Source of the DNA: Bispira polyomma
Lineage: Eukaryota
NCBI GenBank assembly: GCA_965649765.1
Contig: OZ287748.1
Span: 34,782,001-34,846,000 of the forward strand
DNA: 64,000 nt
Direction of reading: 5' to 3'
Below are positions 53,451 through 63,495 of this stretch, piece by piece. Below the pieces are notes generated by a model. It was not told the origin of the DNA. It made no database searches and saw nothing but the letters and a program-made list of their open reading frames with translations. Every line of letters begins with the position of its first letter. The stretch's first letter is position 1. The translations under genes and the position numbers were made by a program.

Positions 53451-56080
53451 AAAAACCAACACTTACATTTTTATTGGAAATACCTTATCGGACTCAAATT
53501 TAAACAGTCTTTGCTACAACACCCCGGTAATGACACAATCAAAATCAGGTTACAGAATTAGGTAAGGGTTGTTAAACATCAGAGGAAAATGTAGGCTATA
53601 CTATAATTGTCAGCCTTCCACATTCATTAGCATGGAATCTAATAAATGTGGCAGTCCAATAATCATTGATAAGAGGCCATTCCAATACCAGTCGACCCTA
53701 TAAAATCATGTTATTGTACCAATTTTGCCATCTTAAAGTGACAACTAAATATGTTAGTGTGATACAATAGCATAATAATATTGGATCTAATCCACATATT
53801 TATTACCATCTAAATGACTGTTTTTTTACTTTTAATTTTATGATTTTACCATACATTGAATTAAAAGGACGTTATTTTATTGTGATTGTATACTTAATAC
53901 AGTAAATTATAACATATCATAAACTACTTTTTTGAGTCTGAAGAAATAGGTCATTGTTTTTTTGTTGTTTTTTTTTACACTTAACTTTCACTTTTCTAAA
54001 TTCTGTAATTAGAAGATGTAGGGTAGATTGTTATAGAGGTAGAAAGATCTATGATAGTTTTGTTACCTCAAGTTAAACAAATCTTGTATCTACAGTTTCT
54101 TATGTGGGAAAATATCTGTATTTCAAATCATTTAACAATTTTTTATTGTTTTTTCCCTCGCAAGTTGGTTTATCATTTTTAACAAAATGATGAATTTAAA
54201 ATATCTATACATTTATAATACTTGGAAAGTTAATGGTAGGTAAACTTCCCATTATGACTTTTAATATTTATCAACTCATTTCATGTACATGTACTATGTA
54301 AACCTAACTAGACAAATACTACAAATTTCCAAATTGCATTATAATTATTGACAAGAACCTTTGTTCTATAAATTTTGACCTAAAAAGCCTGGTATTCAAA
54401 AATGTTTAATCTTGCATTATTTCTAGAGCAAGTACTAGGTCGTTGTTCATTGTTGTTGACGTCAAGATGTACAGCCATCATGTTTGGTAGCTTTCACTGC
54501 TGTAAACATAACTATGTTTTGCAATGGCTGTGTTACATCACTTGTTACCACGTCGAATATCTCACAATGAATTTGTTTACTTACACAAGAGGATAATTAT
54601 GGATTCTGTAAACAGTGAATACTTCCTTAACCAAAAGAAGCAGTTCTAACAATTAAAATCCTTCCAATAAGATTGATCAGTAAAATTAGTCCGAATAATC
54701 CACTATTTTCTATGGAATACTTTTACTTTGTGTAAAAATATTTGTGTTAAAATAGATTATTATTGGGTGATATTATAATTTCAGGACATTTTAAGCGACA
54801 AATAAGTTCAGAAGAAGCCATGATATTGGCAACTCTTTTTAGAATCCCCAACATTTTCTGGTAGCTGAGATTTTGTATTGTAGTTTATATAATAAAAGAT
54901 GTATGTTTATCATATGCCTTTAATAATATTGTGGATAGGCAGGATATTGAAGAACATAGAGACTGGCATTCGGATTCAGTCGTTACTTTTTATAAAAATC
55001 ACACCTCAACGAACAGCCCAAGTAGCACATATCTAACACTTAACTTCTATTTAAAATATACTAACCACTTTTAACCTATACTACCAATACAAATAATATT
55101 TCATACTTAAATATACAATATAAGCTTAGATATAAGTTGACTTATTAGATTGTAGTGTCTTTTAGGGCCTTGTTAAATGTTTAAGGCTAAATGGTTGAAT
55201 AACCCAATCTTGTAATCAACCTTCTCTTATTTCTAACTTGGACTTAGCAAGGGATTCAACTATTAACCATTAATCCTGATATAAGGCCAATCAGTTGTCA
55301 TCAAGTACATCTTGCAAAAGGATGTTAACCCCAAAAACCGCTAGGGCATAACCAGGAGATCGAAAATCACTCATTTCCCTAACCACTTGGCTAACAGTAT
55401 AGTATCAAGTCCAGTATTGGAAGCAGTTACCCCGGGACCAGTAAACTTGGCAAAATTTAGCATGAATGCCAAATTCGATAACAGGTAATAATGGATGCAA
55501 AAGCTGAAGACAGGTGAGGCAAAACTTATTAGAAACTATTTATGTTAAAGTTCTAACCTAGAATTTATGTACACTTCAAATTATATATACTGTGTATACA
55601 GGAGGTAAAGACAAATTAATGAAGTTAAAAAGTGAACTTTAGGTCACTTTAACTTAAGTAATTCAACTCTAAGGGTCTGACAATACTTAATGGCAGTAAG
55701 TAACAGTCAGATTATGCATACATTAGTTAGGTAATTACAATACATTACAGATTTGTAAAAATAAGGTGATCATTGAATATTTGTTTGCATTTTGTTGATA
55801 TTTCAGTATAAAAATTCAAACCAATAATGGAGAAACCCCTAATATAATATCTAATATGAATGTTTGCTGTCATGATGACATAGTATTACAAATATATGTA
55901 CTTGTATATTGTAAAACATACATGAAATAACTCTTGCAGTATACACCAATATTTCTTAATTCCGAGTTTCAACATAATTTATTTACTTGTGTGTAACAAT
56001 AAAATCATGCAATGTGAGCTTATCATTGGTAACTAGCTAAACGCTTTAAAAAACTGGCACATTACAATTAAATGAAAGAT

Positions 56081-56324
56081 TGGTAGGTGGTTGCTTGCAC
56101 CACAGTTCAGTAGAAACTAAAGTTTAAATAGACTTGGCCTTTCTATTTATTTGGCCTGTTAATGTGGGCTATATGCAACACCTTGCAAGTTGTCTAGAGG
56201 TGACCTTGGCTGGGTCTACATGCACATGTTCACATATTTGGTCCCCTCACTGGGGTTCAAATTAGCCAATTCAGAGGGTCTATATCAAAAGCATGTAGGG
56301 GTAGTCAGTATTAAACTTGCAGTC
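56081..56324 (+). repeat. E4 terminal repeat A1 (putative promoter)
   Basis: 4 differences from A2/A3 by eye; TATA-like tatatcaaaa at 56281 and initiator-like TCAGT at 56305, the latter also present in the E2 A repeat (~18957). Confidence 0.9.
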
Positions 56325-56436
56325 TTGTCAACTGATTTGGCTTTAAATTTTAAATATATCAAGTAACAGAATTTTTCATTTAATATTGGACAAGCCAGGT
56401 TTTGCTGGGAGAGGTGCCGTGGTGTACTATTTTAGA

Positions 56437-57435
56437 ATGGCCAGTGTGTACTGCAAGACGTGTGATCTGAAGGGCAACAATTCAAGACATCCTAGACGTG
56501 TTGGTAGAAACTGTGTACTCAACAAAACCATGCCAGGGGGTTCAGCTGACGAGTCTTTCGCTGGGAACAGCCACGTGGAAGAAGTTGTACATACAGGAAC
56601 TTGTGATCCTTTTAAAGTAATCATGGACAAACTACAGTCGCTTGAGGACAATAATAGACGATTAGAACAAAAATTGGATAATAAAATTGCTGAACAGTCT
56701 ATTGCTAGTGGAATTTCGCATAGTTCTCCAAAGAAATCCCACAACTGCTCGGATCAGTGTAGTGTTAAGGCCAGACGGGCGACAGCTCAAATAGACAAGT
56801 CAGTTGACTTCTTAGATAGTGTCATCCCGAGTCTACAGTACTTGAAAGACAATAAAACGCTACAGGATCAAGTGCAGCAGCAACTCAGACATTTGCAAGG
56901 GCTGGAAAGAGATTCAGGTAAATTTAAGTCTGGCTTATTACGAGTTGGCGAGTGTAAAAAGAAAAAACACATATTATGGCCACACGAGTTATGTTATTCG
57001 GGTGCTAGTGGGAAAAACCCTACGTACGAAGAATTATCTCCTTTTCAATTCATGTTTGGGTTCTTGGCTACTATTCAAGAAGAAAAGAATTCCCAAAGTA
57101 AGGAAAATATGATTGAATATATGCGCCTGCTAATGCAGGATGCATTAGAAACTAATTGGGTGATGGTCAAGCGGGCCCACAGTGTTCTATTACAGAGTAT
57201 GGAAAGAGGCACGTGCTCTTGGAAAGATTTTGCCGATATTGATAAAATTCGCATGCGCTGTACGCAAAGAACTATGGCAGTTCAGGCCACAAACACAGGT
57301 GCCAAAAATAAAACCTCCAAGAAAATGGTTATTTGTGCCGGTTATAACAACAATACTTGTTCTTTTGGAGCCGATCATGTGGAAAACAATGAAATCCACA
57401 AACATGCGTGTACCAATTGTTACCAAGTTACCTAA
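56437..57435 (+). CDS. gag: E4 gag-like ORF1 (likely ATG at 56437; premature TAA at 57433 inside the C-terminal zinc knuckle)
   Basis: N-terminal CxxC..H..C, coiled coil, HILWPHELCY core, CTNCYQVT*KFYNHRAFEC; homologous to E2 gag. Confidence 0.85.
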   Translation: MASVYCKTCDLKGNNSRHPRRVGRNCVLNKTMPGGSADESFAGNSHVEEVVHTGTCDPFKVIMDKLQSLEDNNRRLEQKLDNKIAEQSIASGISHSSPKKSHNCSDQCSVKARRATAQIDKSVDFLDSVIPSLQYLKDNKTLQDQVQQQLRHLQGLERDSGKFKSGLLRVGECKKKKHILWPHELCYSGASGKNPTYEELSPFQFMFGFLATIQEEKNSQSKENMIEYMRLLMQDALETNWVMVKRAHSVLLQSMERGTCSWKDFADIDKIRMRCTQRTMAVQATNTGAKNKTSKKMVICAGYNNNTCSFGADHVENNEIHKHACTNCYQVT

Positions 57436-57461
57436 AAGTTCTATAACCATAGAGCTTTTGA

Positions 57462-60078
57462 ATGCAACCGGGGTTCAAAAAATGGGGACAGGGCACAAGT
57501 GCAACGTATATAAAAACTGACACATTTTACCCACATGTAATTAATAGCACTCTGTATAGACAAGTAAACACTGTAGGTGGTAAAAATATAAATTGTAAAC
57601 TAGTCAATAAGTTTTGTGCTAAAACAGATAGAGAATATATTGGCTTTAGTAGTTCTACATGTAATAACATTGTTGATAATCTAGAACAGAGTGGTACTTT
57701 GGGTAGTTGTGCACACAATCCATCCTCAAATGGTAGTAGCATGATTAAGCGTCTTGCATACACGTGTAAAGACAAAGATATGATATCAAATAACTGGCTT
57801 AAAATCAGTGTTACTGAAATAAGTGATCTTAGTTCTTTTAATGATAATATTTTATCATCTGAATGGCTACATAGTTTATATACTTCACACACTAATGATT
57901 TTAACTGTGATAGTTACAATCATAGCCCTCGAGCTACAAGTGCCTCTCAAGGTCACAGTATTGATCATACATGTACACAATCTATGTATGAAAATGAACT
58001 CATTCATTTTAATAATGCTCAGCAGATTTTGCAACATTCAATGGCAATCACGAATTTGCTAGTGCTTGGAGCTCACATTCACACATGTAGTTCAAACTAT
58101 AATACAACTGATTACAGTTGGAAAAGTATTTTAACAAATCATTCTAGGCACAACATGGGGTTTCTTGATTTTACCACACTTGGTATCATATCAAGTAAAT
58201 GTGTACTTGCACCAACTGATGTTTTACAAACATATGAACATGCTCAAGATACTGAGCAATGCAATAGACACTATACATGTAATGACAAATCTGATGATTA
58301 TACTGATGATGATTCCCCAGTAAAAAGTACTTTTAATGCGATAACATTTTTAGACTGCACAAAAACAGTTGGATATATGGCTACACCATTACATAAATGC
58401 ATAGATCACAACTTGATTAATCACTTAAATTGTGGAAATTTATATGATTGGGTGGGAACTGCGCATAGGTTGGTCACGGCAACAAATGTACACAATTACA
58501 TGTCAGCCAGAATTCCAGTTCATTCAGATCTCAATATTAAAAACTGGTACACTGTCATGAAGAATCATCCAGACAGTATTATACTACAGTATCTTCAATT
58601 TGGATTCCCAGTTGATATAGATAGGGAGATTTTTAGACATAATGATATACAAAGCAATCATCCATCTGCTCAAGCATATCCCCTTGACGTTGCAAAATAT
58701 TTTGAAAAAGAAATGGCACATAAAGCCATAATGGGTCCTTGTACCACACTTCCAATTAGCAAAATGCATTTTTCTCCCCTTTTATCTAGGCCTAAGTCAC
58801 AGTCTTCTAAACGTATAATTGTTGACCTAAGTTGGCCTCTTGGTCAATCTGTTAATGATGCCATCCCTTGTCATAGTATTGATGGGCAGGATTATAGGCT
58901 TAAGTACCCCACATATTTTGGAACTTATTAGCAATATTGGACCGGAAGCAAGACTCTTCAAAATTGACGTCAGCAGGGCCTTCAGAAACTTAAAATTAGA
59001 CCCTGCCACATATGATGTCATGGGTTTACAATTTGATCAGCATTCATACATAGATTTAAGCCTCCCTTTCGGCCTTAAAACCAGAAGTGCTCTGTACCAG
59101 CGCATCACGGACGTCCTGCATGACATCATGGCGTCGCGTGACGTCAGCGTCATAAATTATATAGATGACGTAATTGGCGTCCAGACATCATGTGACGCAT
59201 TGCGTGCGTTTAATATGCCAAAGGATCTCTTCAAATATGTTGGTCTACCAATAAACCCCGATAAATTGGAGCCTCCATCCCAAGTTTTAATCTGCATGGG
59301 CATTGAGGTTAACATTAAGACAGGAATTATTTCCATTCCCCAGGATAAGTTGTCGGATATCAAAAATACGTGTAAAATTTGGATTAATCACAAGTGGGCC
59401 TCAAAATGTAGTCTTCAAAGTTTATTGGGATGCCTTCTCTATATTCACAGATGCATTCAACCAGCAAGGCTCTTTGTAAACAGAATGCTGCAAACTCTTT
59501 GCCTTGCAAAAAATCATAGTAGAGTTAACTTGACTCCCTCATTTTTCAAGGACCTGGCTTGGTTCAATTGTTTTCTGGATCCATTTAATGGCAAGATGGT
59601 CATTGGTAACTTTAAGTCCCACTATGAAGCTTATGTGGACGCTTCGTTGACTGGTGCTGTAGCCATCTACAATGATCAGGTGTATGCTGTCACATTTCCT
59701 GCTAATAGTGTTAATTGTTTAACAATAGTACATTTAGAGATTTTAAATGTCTTGATATCAGTTCGAGTTTGGGCAGAGCAATGGTCACACAAAAGAGTAA
59801 CCATCTGGTGTGACAATGCTGCTGTAGTTTGTGCTTTGCAGTCTGGGCGCATGCAGGATGAGTATCTCATGTCCTGTGCTAGAACTATATGGCTGTTATC
59901 TGCCAAGTATGACATAAGGTTCACATTCTCTCATGTGAGGGGTTGTCTTAATAAATATGCTGATTGTCTTTCTCGATGGTATACTGGCAAAGCTGATTGC
60001 AGATTGATGCAGGAACTTTCGGGTCTTACTTGGTGTCACATACCAAATTCCTATTTTTTCCCAAATTGCAGTATATGA
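57462..60078 (+). pseudogene. pol: E4 pol: long N-terminal extension plus RT and RNase H, one frameshift near 58910
   Basis: NHPSA, FSPLLSRPK, RIIVDLSWP..SVND in 57462-58931; KIDVSRAFR, LPFG, NYIDD, YVDAS, WCDN, NKYADCLSR in 58840-60078. Confidence 0.93.
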
Positions 60079-61055
60079 TTTCTGTTGTAGGTCCTACAAT
60101 TACTGATGCGTTGCTGAAACAAGCCCATGCAAGAATACATCTTTCACTTAGGCCCAGAACATCCGTCCTTTATGAAACAAGGTTTAAACTTTATTTAGCC
60201 TTTGCCAAGTACCTGGCTCTAGACTTTAAAGCGCTAGATTCCGTCCTCATATTTCTGGAGTATTTAGTTCTGCAAGATTATAGGGCTTCCTTCTTACAAA
60301 ATTTCTTAGGGGTCCTAAGACATTTCTTCAAACTGTATGATCTCAAATCTGACATATTGTATCACAGGAAGTTACATTTATTTGTCAAGTCAGTAGATGT
60401 CAATAGTGCCTACAAACCGAAATTGAAAGGAATTTTTTCAACAGAGAATACACAGCAAATAGTACAAGAATGTGACATTATTCCAAATGGTTTTGTGTAT
60501 AAAGCGCTTTTCCTTTTGGCGTATTATGGATTTTTCAGGTTGTCCAATCTAGTTGCCAACTCACAAAATGGGTTTGACATAACAAGACATTTTTCTGTAG
60601 CAAATATATTATGGGCACCTCCTGGTGCTCATGTTGTCATGAAGTGGCACAAGGCCATGCAAAGTTCCTCTTCACACCAGATTGTACAAATCCCTTTCTT
60701 GTTGGGTAATGCAGCGTGTCCAGTTACAGCCCTCAAAGTCATGATAGTAAAGCACAAATTACAAGGAGACATGCCTTTGTTTGGAATATATAAACATGGT
60801 ATCAGATATCCACTTACTGCATTTAAAGTTCATCAAGTGTTGTCTTCTATAGTTGGTAAACTAGGGCTTGACACGCAAGCCTTTACGTTTCATACGTTTC
60901 GCAGATCTGGTGCAACCTTCGCGTTCAACCACAATATCGATTTACAAAAAGTAAAAATTCATGGAGGTTGGAAGAGTGATAGTGTTTGGCACTATTTACA
61001 ACCTTCAACAATAGCTGCCAGTACTGTTGCAAAAACTTTTAAACTACATATGTAA
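59997..61055 (+). CDS. E4 tyrosine recombinase, intact frame; true start uncertain (ATG 60075 or splice acceptor 60090)
   Basis: FFRLSN, KWHK, HTFRRSGAT, HGGW, VWHY: complete catalytic set. Confidence 0.93.
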   Translation: MQIDAGTFGSYLVSHTKFLFFPKLQYMISVVGPTITDALLKQAHARIHLSLRPRTSVLYETRFKLYLAFAKYLALDFKALDSVLIFLEYLVLQDYRASFLQNFLGVLRHFFKLYDLKSDILYHRKLHLFVKSVDVNSAYKPKLKGIFSTENTQQIVQECDIIPNGFVYKALFLLAYYGFFRLSNLVANSQNGFDITRHFSVANILWAPPGAHVVMKWHKAMQSSSSHQIVQIPFLLGNAACPVTALKVMIVKHKLQGDMPLFGIYKHGIRYPLTAFKVHQVLSSIVGKLGLDTQAFTFHTFRRSGATFAFNHNIDLQKVKIHGGWKSDSVWHYLQPSTIAASTVAKTFKLHM

Positions 61056-61073
61056 ACAACTAATTTGGCATTT

Positions 61074-63495
61074 GGGACATATTGTAAATATTTTAAAGAC
61101 ATACTAATACGGTAGACTAACCCATGTAGTGCTAGATAGAAATTATTAAAAAGAGATAATAATAAATTTCCCAAACTGTTATAATTATGTTGTGTATTTT
61201 GATTTTATTGTGTTAAATGTAATGTTAAATTATTGGTCACCAACTATATCTCAATAGTGACAAAAGCAAAAAACTGCATTAGTTATCAATCCACCAGTTG
61301 GTCCATGCTGCATATCTGGTTAAACTTGGTTATCAATCCAACAGTTGGTCCATGTTGCATTTTTGACTAAACTTTGGCTGTAGACTGTGGTAGGTGGTTG
61401 CTTGCACCACGGTTCAGTAGAAACTAAAGTTTAAATAGACTTGGCCTTTCTATTTGTTTGGTCTGTTAATGTGGGCTATATGCAACACCTTGCAAGTTGT
61501 CTAGAGGTGACCTTGGCTGGGTCTACATGCACATGTTCACATATTTGGTCACCTCACTGGGGTTCAAATTAGCCAATTCAGAGGGTCTATATCAAAAGCA
61601 TGTAGGGGTAGTCAGTATTAAACTTGCAGTCAGACAGCAAGCATCTTTTTCCCACCCACCACACCCAAATTTTGTGTTTTTATATTTTATTATATAGTAT
61701 ACTTAATACTTGTTTTTGTATTCCGAGGTTGTATTGATATCAAATCTGGAGTTGGGACAGCAGAGGCGTCTAAATATTTCACTCCTGTATGGCTGCATCA
61801 GGAAGGAATTGTATCTCCTGAAGCTATTATAGCAGAATGGAATTATCATTTCTGGACTTTGATAATCAGAAGAATTTCACTTTGCATTGTGCAGGAAGGA
61901 ATTACTGCTCCTGTCATGATTTATCAGGATGGAATCACTATACCTGTTGCTATAGTCAGGATGACGCCTTTGCATTAGCACTACATGAGGACTGTGTGGT
62001 TATATATATGACACTTGTGCCTGGACTTCGCTGTGTTTAAAGATGATCTCAGGACCATGGACTTATTTTAGTATCAAGATGTAGCATCTATGTTTTAGTC
62101 ATTTAAACAAATTTAGTGCGACATGAAGGGACATATTGTAAATATTTTAAAGACATACTAATACGGTAGACTAACCCATGTAGTGCTAGATTGAAATTAT
62201 TAAAAAGAGATAATAATAAATTTCCCAAACTGTTATAATTATGTTGTGTATTTTGATTTTATTGTGTTAAATGTAATGTTAAATTATTGGTCACCAACTA
62301 TATCTCAATAGTGACAAAAGCAAAAAACTGCATTAGTTATCAATCCACCAGTTGGTCCATGCTGCATATCTGGTTAAACTTGGTTATCAATCCAACAGTT
62401 GGTCCATGTTGCATTTTTGACTAAACTTTGGCTGTAGACTGTGGTAGGTGGTTGCTTGCACCACGGTTCAGTAGAAACTAAAGTTTAAATAGACTTGGCC
62501 TTTCTATTTGTTTGGTCTGTTAATGTGGGCTATATGCAACACCTTGCAAGTTGTCTAGAGGTGACCTTGGCTGGGTCTACATGCACATGTTCACATATTT
62601 GGTCACCTCACTGGGGTTCAAATTAGCCAATTCAGAGGGTCTATATCAAAAGCATGTAGGGGTAGTCAGTATTAAACTTGCAGTCAGACAGCAAGCATCT
62701 TTTTCCCACCCACCACACCCAAATTTTGTGTTTTTATATTTTATTATATAGTATACTTAATACTTGTTTTTGTATTCCGAGGTTGTATTGATATCAAATC
62801 TGGAGTTGGGACAGCAGAGGCGTCTAAATATTTCACTCCTGTATGGCTGCATCAGGAAGGAATTGTATCTCCTGAAGCTATTATAGCAGAATGGAATTAT
62901 CATTTCTGGACTTTGATAATCAGAAGAATTTCACTTTGCATTGTGCAGGAAGGAATTACTGCTCCTGTCATGATTTATCAGGATGGAATCACTATACTTG
63001 TTGCTATAGTCAGGATGACGCCTTTGCATTAGCACTACATGAGGACTGTGTGGTTATATATATGACACTTGTGCCTGGACTTCGCTGTGTTTAAAGATGA
63101 TCTCAGGACCATGGACTTATTTTAGTATCAAGATGTAGCATCTATGTTTTAGTCATTTAAACAAATTTAGTGCGACATGAAGGGACATATTGTAAATATT
63201 TTAAAGACATACTAATACGGTAGACTAACCCATGTAGTGCTAGATTGAAATTATTAAAAAGAGATAATAATAAATTTCCCAAACTGTTATAATTATGTTG
63301 TGTATTTTGATTTTATTGTGTTAAATGTAATGTTAAATTATTGGTCACCAACTATATCTCAATAGTGACAAAAGCAAAAAACTGCATTAGTTATCAATCC
63401 ACCAGTTGGTCCATGCTGCATATCTGGTTAAACTTGGTTATCAATCCAACAGTTGGTCCATGTTGCATTTTTGACTAAACTTTGGCTGTAGACTG
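61074..63495 (+). repeat. E4 right end: 1054-bp B-A-C unit repeated ~2.3 times
   Basis: Near-identical copies at period 1054; each B carries AATAAA (61161-61166) and an internal ~47-bp dimer (gttatcaatcca.cagttggtccatg.tgcat). Confidence 0.96.
61760..61973 (+). ncRNA. Putative structured RNA domain in E4 spacer C (second copy 62814-63027)
   Basis: Closing helix gcagaggcgtc/gacgcctttgc enclosing five CAG...(G)GAAT...(C/T)TG hairpins with a compensatory change. Transcription not shown. Confidence 0.55.

Larger units (their letters stand above)
56081..63495 (+). mobile_element. E4: near-complete Ngaro/PAT-type YR retrotransposon with split direct repeats A1-ORFs-B1-A2-C1-B2-A3-C2-B3
   Basis: gag, RT/RNase H and YR ORFs; A = 244 bp (56081-56324, 61388-61631, 62442-62685); B = 314 bp (61074-61387, 62128-62441, 63182-63495); C = 496 bp; no TSD. 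Confidence 0.96.

Noticed and set aside
1020-55000. Numerous 60-130 aa ORFs in AT-rich intervals and antisense to element genes
   Set aside because: No motifs, many non-ATG starts, and composition typical of random AT-rich sequence or shadow frames.
56081-56324. Hammerhead ribozyme in the terminal repeats
   Set aside because: No CTGANGA...GAAA core with proper stems was found by eye; an Infernal scan would settle it.
61799-61946. CRISPR-like array or horizontally acquired CsrB RNA
   Set aside because: Linkers are only ~7-12 nt and units are degenerate; the CAGGA(T/A)G resemblance is too short to imply homology. Kept only as an architectural analogy.
61497-63094. Duplicated small ORFs (66 and 67 aa) in A and C as extra genes
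   Set aside because: Their identity simply reflects the DNA repeat; no recognisable motifs; the C ORF overlaps the hairpin array.
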